From positions 448,618-512,617 of the forward strand of contig JBAZYO010000001.1 of NCBI GenBank assembly GCA_041659285.1: a stretch of DNA of 64,000 bases, written 5' to 3'. Positions 38,122 to 45,180 of this stretch are shown in pieces. Position 1 is the stretch's first letter, and each line of letters starts with the position of its first letter. This DNA comes from Vicinamibacterales bacterium (GTDB lineage Bacteria; Acidobacteriota; Vicinamibacteria; Vicinamibacterales; UBA2999). The notes beneath the pieces are model-generated. The model was given only the letters and a program-made list of their open reading frames with translations. It ran no database searches and was not told the origin of the DNA. Position numbers and translations under genes: made by a program.

Positions 38122-40011
38122 TTACAGCTCCACTTGCATCCCGATTTCGACGACCCGTTCCGGAGGGATACCGAAGAACGTGGTCGCGCGAAGCGCGTTC
38201 CTGGACATCAGGACGAAGAGCCGCTCGCGCCACAAGGGCAATCCGGGCCGTTCCGTCGCCAGCAACGTTTCGGTGCCGAGAAAGTAGGTCGTGTCGGCCG
38301 GCACGATCGGGCGGCCGGCAAACGCGGCCTGCTCGAGCGCGGATGGCACATCAGGCGTTTCAGTGAAGCCATAGCAGAGCCGCACGCGAAAGAACCCCTG
38401 CCGCAACGGCGTCACGGTCACCCGCTCATCAGGCGGCACGGTTGGGCCGTCGCGGGTGACCACCGTCAGCAGGATGATCCGCTCATGCAGGATCTTGTTG
38501 TGGTGCAGGTTGTGCAAGAGCGTCGGCGGCGTGCCCTCGCTGTTGCTGGTCATGAACACGGCGGTGCCGGTGACGCGATGCGGCGGGGTGCCGGCGATGT
38601 CGCCGAGGAACTGCTCCAGCGGATACAGGCGATCGACAAACCGCAAGGCGAGCAGCGCGCGGCCCTGCTTCCAGGTTGAGAGCAGGACGTAGAGCACGAG
38701 GCCGGTGACCAGCGGGAACCAACCGCCGTGCAGGATCTTGGTGAAGTTCGCGGCCAGGAAGCCGAATTCGATCAGCAGGAACGCGCCGGCGAGCGACCCC
38801 GCCGTGACGCGGCTGACCCCCCACGATCCTCTGGCCACGAGATACGCCAGCATGGTCGTGATGACCATCGTTGACGACACGGCGATGCCGTACGCGGCGG
38901 CAATCGCACTCGAACTGCCAAACCCGATCACCAGGCCGACGGTCGCGACCATGAGCGTCCAGTTAACCTGCGGGATGTAGATCTGGCCCTTGTGACTGGC
39001 GGAGGTGTGCTCGATCCCCATGCGCGGGCAATAGCCCAGCTGAATGGCCTGATGCGTCATCGAGAACACGCCCGAGATCAGCGCCTGCGACGCGATCACC
39101 GCGGCCATCGTGGCCAGGATGACCAGCGGATACAGGGCCCAGGCCGGGGCCATCAGGTAGAACGGCGACGAGGCCGCGGCGGGCGTCTGCAGGAGCATGG
39201 CGCCCTGGCCGAGGTAATTCAGCACCAGCGCCGGAAAGGCCAGCGCAAACCACGCCAGGCGAATCGGCTTGCGGCCGAAGTGGCCCATGTCGGCATAGAG
39301 CGCCTCGCCGCCGGTCACCACGAGAAACACCGAGCCGAGGACGATGAACCCGTGGCTGCCGTTGCGAATGAAGAAGCCGACCGCATGCGCGGGGTTGAAC
39401 GCCACCATCACCGAGGGATTCACCTGAATCCACGACACGCCCATCACGGCCAGGGTCACGAACCAGACCACCATCACTGGCCCGAACATGGCACCGACCT
39501 TCGCGGTGCCGCGGGACTGGATCAGGAACAAGCCGATCAGGATCGTCACGGTGATCAACACCACGTATGGCTCGAACACGTGCGTGGCGATGGCCAGGCC
39601 TTCGACGGCGCCCAACACCGAGATCGCCGGCGTGATCATGCCGTCGCCATAGAGGAGGGCCGCGCCGAACAGGCCGAGCGAAATCAGCGCCGCGCGGCTC
39701 CGCCGCGAGGCGTCGGCCTGCCGCGACACCAGCGCCATCAACGCCAGGATGCCGCCTTCCCCATCGTTGTCGGCGCGCATCACGAAGATCAGGTATTTGA
39801 TCGACACGATCAGCGTGAGCGACCAGAAGATCAGCGACAGCACGCCCAGCACGTTGTCGGGCGTGGGCGCAATGCCGTGCGGGCCGTGAAAGCACTCGCG
39901 GAGCGCATAGAGGGGACTGGTGCCGATGTCCCCATAGACAATGCCGAGCGCCCCGAGGGTGAGGACGCCAAGCTGCCGCCCCCGGGGAGCCGGTGTTCCG
40001 CCGTGTGTCAC
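38122..40011 (-). CDS. kup: Kup/HAK/KT potassium uptake protein
   Basis: 629-aa ORF with the N-terminal GIVYGDIGTSPLYALREC motif, 12 TM segments and a C-terminal cytoplasmic domain. The GTG start overlaps the stop of the upstream gene (GTGA). Confidence 0.93.
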   Translation of the reverse strand: MTHGGTPAPRGRQLGVLTLGALGIVYGDIGTSPLYALRECFHGPHGIAPTPDNVLGVLSLIFWSLTLIVSIKYLIFVMRADNDGEGGILALMALVSRQADASRRSRAALISLGLFGAALLYGDGMITPAISVLGAVEGLAIATHVFEPYVVLITVTILIGLFLIQSRGTAKVGAMFGPVMVVWFVTLAVMGVSWIQVNPSVMVAFNPAHAVGFFIRNGSHGFIVLGSVFLVVTGGEALYADMGHFGRKPIRLAWFALAFPALVLNYLGQGAMLLQTPAAASSPFYLMAPAWALYPLVILATMAAVIASQALISGVFSMTHQAIQLGYCPRMGIEHTSASHKGQIYIPQVNWTLMVATVGLVIGFGSSSAIAAAYGIAVSSTMVITTMLAYLVARGSWGVSRVTAGSLAGAFLLIEFGFLAANFTKILHGGWFPLVTGLVLYVLLSTWKQGRALLALRFVDRLYPLEQFLGDIAGTPPHRVTGTAVFMTSNSEGTPPTLLHNLHHNKILHERIILLTVVTRDGPTVPPDERVTVTPLRQGFFRVRLCYGFTETPDVPSALEQAAFAGRPIVPADTTYFLGTETLLATERPGLPLWRERLFVLMSRNALRATTFFGIPPERVVEIGMQVEL

Positions 40012-43000
40012 TGGGGCTTCGCCGCGGGTGCCACGGGCTTCGCCGCCGGATCGACCGCGTCGACCTTCTCGCGCTTGAGCGCCGCGTTCAGGCGCGGCAG
40101 TTCGGTCCTGAGCGTCTGGCGCATCTTCTCCAGCTGCGCATCGAGCTGCGCCGACAGCTCGTTGAACACTTCCACGCTCTGATCCGTCGGCTTGCCGTCG
40201 GCGCTCTCGATCACGCCGGCCAGCGCCGCGATCTTGTTGTTCAACCTGATCGGGTAGTTCAGCGGATCCTGCCCGCTGCGGTTCTTCACCTGGTAGGCCT
40301 CTTCCTCCACCACCGCGAGCGGTTGCAGCAGGCCGTCGGCCAGCTTCTGGATCTCGACCTTCTTGCGCGCCGGCACCTTCTGCAGCCGCAGGTTCACCTG
40401 GTCGCGGATGTTGCGGATGTCGATCACCGCCTGGTTGGCCTCGCTGACCTTGTCGCGCACGCGCAGCGACAGCCGGAACTGCTCGAGCAGGTCGGCCTCG
40501 GCGATGCCGTCGGCCTGGAGCCGGGGATCGATCGTGATGGTGAACTCGCGCGTCCTGGTCTCACCATTGGCGGTGATGCGGACGGCGTAGCGCCCGGTCG
40601 GGGCGGCGGGACCGCGTTGCGGCTGCGCCGCCCACATGATCATCCCCGGGAAGACGGTGGCGCCTTCATAGCGCATGTCCCACGAGAAACGGTTGATGCC
40701 CGGTGCCGTGCTGACGCGCGCCGGGCCGGGGCCGAACGGGTTGTCGTCGCCGCCGGCCGGCGCGGTCCCGGCCTTCGCGGTGCCGGTGAAGGTCCGCAGC
40801 ACGGTCCCCTGCGCGTCGAGGAACTCGATTTTCACCTCTGGCGCTTCCTTGTTCAGGTAATAGTCGAACGTCACGTTGCGGTCGCGGCCGCGCATCGGGT
40901 TGAGCGGTTCGAACAGGTGCAGCGTGTTGTTGGTCAGCTCCGGCGTCGCCTGGCGCAGCACGCCGATGTTGTCGAGCACGTAGAAGCCGCGGCCGTGCGT
41001 GCCGATCACCAGGTCGCGCTCCTCGACGACGATCCCGTGGACCGGGGTCACCGGCAGGTTGAGCGTCAGCGACTGCCACGTCGCGCCGTCGTTGAACGAA
41101 ATGTAGATGCCGTGTTCGGTGCCGAGGTAGAGCAGGCCCCGGCGCTTCGGATCTTCGCGGATGGTGCGCGCGAAGGCGGTGTCGGGAATGGTGGTGACGA
41201 TCTTCTGCCAGGTCTTGCCGAAGTCCGTGGTCTTGTAGACGTAGGGCTTGCGGTCGCCGAGCTGGTAACGGTTGCCCGCCAGGTAGGCAGCGCCGTTCTG
41301 GTGCGGCGACGCTTCAATCAGGCTGATGCGCGTGAAGTCCGGCAGGTCAGGCGGCGTGACCTTGTTCCAGGTCTTCCCGCCATCCTGCGTCACGTGCACC
41401 CAACCATCATCGGATCCGGTCCAGATCGTGTTGGCGTCCTGGCGCGACGGCGCGATGGTGAACACCACGGCGTAGGTCTCCACGCCGGTCTGGTCCTTCG
41501 TGATCGGGCCGCCCGACGCCTGCATCGTCTTTGGATCGGAGCGCGTCAGGTTGGGGCTGATCTTCTGCCAGTTCTGGCCGCCGGTCGTGGTGCGCCAGAG
41601 GTATTGCGAAGAGGCGTAAAGCGTCTTGGCGTCCACCGGCGAGTAAACGATGGGGAACGTCCACTGGAAGCGTTCCTTGATGTCGACGGCCGACCAGCCC
41701 ATCGGGTTATTCGGGTAGATGTTGACCGCGCGCTGCTGCCCCGTTTCGCGATCCAGGCGGCTGAGGAAGCCGCCGTAGCTGCCGGCGTAGAACACGTTGA
41801 GGTCGTTCGGGTCGGGCGCGATGTAGCCGCTTTCGCCGCCGCCCACCGCGTAGAAGATCGGCGGCAGGCTGCCCTCGCCGCCACCGGGATTGGCCTGGCT
41901 GCCGACGCAGGCGGTGCTGTTGTCCTGCTGCGCGCCGCAGATGTGATACGGCGTGTGCCTGGTCGTGAACACGTTATAGAACTGCCCCGTCGGCAGGTCC
42001 TGGTCGGTCCACGTCTGGCCGCCGTTCACCGTGACGTTGACGCTGCCGTCGTTGGACTGCACCATGCGCTTGTTGTCGGTGGCCGAGACCCACAGGTCGT
42101 GGTTGTCGCCGTGCGGCACGCGGATGGTGCTCAGCGTCTTGCCGCCGTCGGTGGATCGGTAGAACTGCACGTTCAGGATGTAGAGCGTGTCCTTGTCTTT
42201 CGGGTCGGCGAGGATGCGCGTGTAGTAGAACGCGCGCTGCCGGAGGTTCCGGTTGTCGTTGATCAGCTTCCACGTGGCGCCGGCATCGTCCGAGGCGTAG
42301 AGGCCGCCCGCGGCCTCGTTCTCCACCAGGGTGTAGACGCGGTTGCCGTCAACCGGCGACACCGACACGCCGACCTTGCCCCAGAGGCCGGCAGGCAGGC
42401 CGGGGTTCTTCGTGATCTCGGCCCACGTGTCGCCGCCGTCGGTGGACTTGAACAGCCCGCTGCCGGGGCCGCCGCTCGACATGCCCCACGGCGAGCGATT
42501 CGCTTCCCACAGCGAGGCGAAGATCACATTGGGGTTCCTGGGATCGATCGACAGATCCACGCCGCCGGTCTTGTCGTCGCGGAACAGCGTGCGGCGCCAG
42601 GTCTTGCCGCCGTCGGCCGACTTGAAAATCCCGCGCTGAGGGTGTTCGTTGTAGACCTGGCCAAGCACCGCGGCATAGACGATGTCGCAGTTGGTCGGAT
42701 GGACGCGGAGGCGCGCGATGGCCTGCGAGTCGCGGAGGTCGGTGAGGTGGTCCCACTTCGCGCCGCCGTCGGTGGTCTTGTAAACACCGTCGCCCTGGAT
42801 GATGTTGCCGCGGAACTGCGTCTCGCCGCCGCCGATGTAGACCACGTCGGGGTTCGACTGGCAGACGGCGAGGGAGCCGATCGACGAGGTGGTGATCTTG
42901 CCGTCGGTCATCGGCGACCAGTTGCTGCCGCCGTCGGTGGTCTTCCAGGCGCCGCCGCCGGTGGCGCCGAACCAATACTCCATCGGGCGCGCGTCGCTGC

Positions 43001-43184
43001 CGCCGACGGCGAGCGAGCGCCCGCCCCGCGCGGGTCCGACACTGCGCCAGCGCATGCCGCTATACAGGCTCGGGTTCACCACGCCGCCGCCCTGCGCGGC
43101 GGTTGACGGTGACAGGTACAGGGCGCCGGACAGCGCAACGCCGGCCGCGATGCTCAGCGCCAGGACAGAATTCAACCGCTTCAT
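40008..43184 (-). CDS. Secreted Asp-box (BNR)/sortilin-VPS10-like double beta-propeller protein (glycosidase-like)
   Basis: 1059 aa from the ATG at 43184 (MKRLNSVLALSIAAG, a signal peptide). It carries about nine SxDxGxTW-type boxes: TTDGGSNW, TTDGGAKW, SADGGKTW, STDGGDTW, SDDAGATW, STDGGKTL, VNGGQTW, TQDGGKTW and FNDGATW. Confidence 0.8.
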   Translation of the reverse strand: MKRLNSVLALSIAAGVALSGALYLSPSTAAQGGGVVNPSLYSGMRWRSVGPARGGRSLAVGGSDARPMEYWFGATGGGAWKTTDGGSNWSPMTDGKITTSSIGSLAVCQSNPDVVYIGGGETQFRGNIIQGDGVYKTTDGGAKWDHLTDLRDSQAIARLRVHPTNCDIVYAAVLGQVYNEHPQRGIFKSADGGKTWRRTLFRDDKTGGVDLSIDPRNPNVIFASLWEANRSPWGMSSGGPGSGLFKSTDGGDTWAEITKNPGLPAGLWGKVGVSVSPVDGNRVYTLVENEAAGGLYASDDAGATWKLINDNRNLRQRAFYYTRILADPKDKDTLYILNVQFYRSTDGGKTLSTIRVPHGDNHDLWVSATDNKRMVQSNDGSVNVTVNGGQTWTDQDLPTGQFYNVFTTRHTPYHICGAQQDNSTACVGSQANPGGGEGSLPPIFYAVGGGESGYIAPDPNDLNVFYAGSYGGFLSRLDRETGQQRAVNIYPNNPMGWSAVDIKERFQWTFPIVYSPVDAKTLYASSQYLWRTTTGGQNWQKISPNLTRSDPKTMQASGGPITKDQTGVETYAVVFTIAPSRQDANTIWTGSDDGWVHVTQDGGKTWNKVTPPDLPDFTRISLIEASPHQNGAAYLAGNRYQLGDRKPYVYKTTDFGKTWQKIVTTIPDTAFARTIREDPKRRGLLYLGTEHGIYISFNDGATWQSLTLNLPVTPVHGIVVEERDLVIGTHGRGFYVLDNIGVLRQATPELTNNTLHLFEPLNPMRGRDRNVTFDYYLNKEAPEVKIEFLDAQGTVLRTFTGTAKAGTAPAGGDDNPFGPGPARVSTAPGINRFSWDMRYEGATVFPGMIMWAAQPQRGPAAPTGRYAVRITANGETRTREFTITIDPRLQADGIAEADLLEQFRLSLRVRDKVSEANQAVIDIRNIRDQVNLRLQKVPARKKVEIQKLADGLLQPLAVVEEEAYQVKNRSGQDPLNYPIRLNNKIAALAGVIESADGKPTDQSVEVFNELSAQLDAQLEKMRQTLRTELPRLNAALKREKVDAVDPAAKPVAPAAKPQ

Positions 43185-43248
43185 GGGAATCTCCAGAGAA
43201 TGCGACGTGCCCTGCAATTCTAGCCTGAACGTGTCCACGTCCGGCAAC

Positions 43249-43275
43249 CACGGAGGACACGGAGCACACGGAGGA
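43249..43275. repeat. 9-bp tandem array CACGGAGGA/CACGGAGCA/CACGGAGGA
   Basis: Three head-to-tail units lie 65 nt upstream of the BNR gene start. Confidence 0.75.
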
Positions 43276-43328
43276 CGTCTTGTTCGATCGGGTCGGGGCC
43301 TGCCGTGGTTAGCGCACGTGGGCGTCCG

Positions 43329-44306
43329 TCACTGCCGCGCGAGGCGGACTAGGCCGGCCGCATTGAGCACGAGGATGCGCAAGCGGCGCACCAGGGCAAG
43401 CGTCACGCCCGCCGCCGGGCCAATCCCGATAATCTGGGCGACGGCCCCTGATCCCGCTTCGTCGATTCCCAAGCGATATGGGATGAACTTGAAGGCGATG
43501 GTGACGAAGCGTCCGGCGCTCTCCAGCAGAAAGGCGTCAACCAGTGTCGCGCCCGACGCAGCCGGCAGCAGCCGCAACACCAGCCAGACCTCGGCGACCG
43601 CGGCGATGTGGAACGCGACTTCCCAGACCGCGACGTGCGCCAGCCGCAGGAACGGCCAGCGCAGCACGCCGTAAATGCGCGCCTCCACTTCGCGAAAGGC
43701 GTCGGCCGGCACCGACGCGCGCCCGGCCAGCCGCATGATCAACGGCGCGAAGCGAGACAGCACCGCCGGCTGCGACCGCGCCGCCCAGAGGCCGACCACC
43801 GCCGCCACGAGAATGGCGACGACAATCACCTCGGCAAGCTGCTCGAGTGCCGGCGGCACCGCCGCGCGCTGGAAGAAGAACCAGGTGCCCCCCAGCAGCA
43901 CCATCGCCACCGATGCGGTGTAGAACGCGTTCTCGATGGTCACCGACGCCACGCTGGTGACGGTGGAGATCCGCGCCCGCGTCATCATGATCTTGGTGGG
44001 CTCGCTGGCCAGCAGGCCGAGCGGCGTGAGGTTGCCGAGCGCATCCGCCGCCAGCATCGCCGAAAAGGCCGCGCCGAATGAGAGGGTCCCGCCGCCCGAT
44101 CCAGGTTCGTTCGCACACGCCATCCAGGCCCTCGACCGGCTGGCCATACGGGTCGCGCCGAGGATGACGACCAGGATGAACCACCACCCGACGCTGGTGA
44201 CGCCGGAGACCACCTCCGCCCAGCCCACCCGGCGAATGGTGAAGACGAGCAGGGCCGCGCCGATCACGGCGACAATGATGTTCAGTAAGGAGAAGCGGGG
44301 ACGCAT
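43329..44306 (-). CDS. Polytopic membrane protein, LPG-synthase-TM/UPF0104-like (flippase-like domain)
   Basis: 325-aa ORF with about 8 TM segments, an N-terminal LLVFTIRRVGW segment and a C-terminal VRRLRILVLNAAGL segment. The family assignment is tentative. Confidence 0.45.
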   Translation of the reverse strand: MRPRFSLLNIIVAVIGAALLVFTIRRVGWAEVVSGVTSVGWWFILVVILGATRMASRSRAWMACANEPGSGGGTLSFGAAFSAMLAADALGNLTPLGLLASEPTKIMMTRARISTVTSVASVTIENAFYTASVAMVLLGGTWFFFQRAAVPPALEQLAEVIVVAILVAAVVGLWAARSQPAVLSRFAPLIMRLAGRASVPADAFREVEARIYGVLRWPFLRLAHVAVWEVAFHIAAVAEVWLVLRLLPAASGATLVDAFLLESAGRFVTIAFKFIPYRLGIDEAGSGAVAQIIGIGPAAGVTLALVRRLRILVLNAAGLVRLARQ

Positions 44307-44325
44307 CAGGGGCTGGATGTGCAGA

Positions 44326-44772
44326 CTACAGCTTCTCGCCGCGGTCGAGACGGCCCAGATGGCGATCGAACGTGCCTAAGGGCAGGTGGCAACCGAGATC
44401 AGCCCCTGAGCCGTGAGCTTGGATTGGGCCAGGGCCACGCCGAATATTAGCACGGTAATCAGGGGGTGCCGTTGGTCCTTGCCACCTTCGCCGGCTTCCG
44501 GGACGGCGATGGCCATGAGCGACCGCGACGATCAAGACGCGCGTGCGCTCGACGCGGTAGACCACTCCAAAGGGATATCGCCGCAACAAGTGGCGACGCG
44601 TTCCGTGGTCGTACGGTGACCACGCGTTGGGCAACAGATGAATAGCCGACTCCGCCTCGGCGAGTTCAGCCTCGAAGCCCGCCGCCGCCGTGGCGCTGCG
44701 AGTGGCATACCACTCCGCCGCTGTCGCCGCTTCGACGACGGCCTCTTCGAGATACCCAAGGTCGAGGGCCAC
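44326..44772 (-). CDS. ParE/RelE-family toxin with an unusually long C-terminal extension
   Basis: The segments EAVVEAATAAEWY...RRHLLRRYPFGVVYRVERTRVLIVAVAHGHRRPG match the ParE fold. The ORF continues about 55 codons past where such toxins normally stop. Confidence 0.6.
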   Translation of the reverse strand: MALDLGYLEEAVVEAATAAEWYATRSATAAAGFEAELAEAESAIHLLPNAWSPYDHGTRRHLLRRYPFGVVYRVERTRVLIVAVAHGHRRPGSRRRWQGPTAPPDYRANIRRGPGPIQAHGSGADLGCHLPLGTFDRHLGRLDRGEKL

Positions 44773-44995
44773 GCTGGGCTGCCGCGTGAATGCGCCGACG
44801 GGCTTCCGACCACGGCACGGTGGTCGCCGTGCCGGCGTCGACGCGATCGAGGCGCGCCCGAATCTCTGCAGACCAGGCAGCTTCGGCCTCGGCGTCCACC
44901 TCGTGCTCGAGGCTCTGAATCAATTCGCCGGCGAGCGCCGCGCGCTCTTCGTCCGAAAGACGGAGCGCCTCAGCGAGAAGTTGCCTCGAATCCAT
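44666..44995 (-). CDS. Addiction-module antitoxin (TIGR02574-like)
   Basis: The ORF reads MDSRQLLAEALRLSDEERAALAGELIQSLEHEVDAEAEAAWSAEIRARLDRVDAGTATTVPWSEARRRI. It overruns the toxin start by about 107 nt. The conserved part ends near 44770. Confidence 0.6.
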   Translation of the reverse strand: MDSRQLLAEALRLSDEERAALAGELIQSLEHEVDAEAEAAWSAEIRARLDRVDAGTATTVPWSEARRRIHAAAQRGPRPWVSRRGRRRSGDSGGVVCHSQRHGGGGLRG

Positions 44996-45118
44996 AGGCG
45001 ATGATTAGCACTTCCCCCGAGCTTGGCCAGTGGATCTGGCTAACCTGTGGATCGAGGATTGGCCGCAGCCACCCGCCGCCATCGGTATAATCAGCGCGCT
45101 CAAGTTCGATTCCCAGTC

Positions 45119-45167
45119 GGTCCGCTGGAAACCGGACGCAAGGCGTGGTCCGGCTGAAGCCGGACGC
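45119..45167 (+). promoter_or_regulatory. Duplicated 21-nt hairpin unit in the leader of the molybdo-hydroxylase gene
   Basis: The two units are GGTCCGCTGGAAACCGGACGC (45119-45139) and GGTCCGGCTGAAGCCGGACGC (45147-45167). Each folds as a GTCCG(G)/(C)CGGAC stem. A TATAAT hexamer lies at 45086-45091 and the AGGAGG SD at 45171-45176. Confidence 0.5.
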
Positions 45168-45180
45168 TACAGGAGGCGCA

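Noticed and set aside
45005-45180. Moco riboswitch upstream of the molybdo-hydroxylase gene.
   Set aside because: I cannot find the conserved Moco-motif helices or sequence blocks. The leader is instead dominated by two copies of one simple hairpin. A cmsearch with RF01055 would be needed to revisit this.
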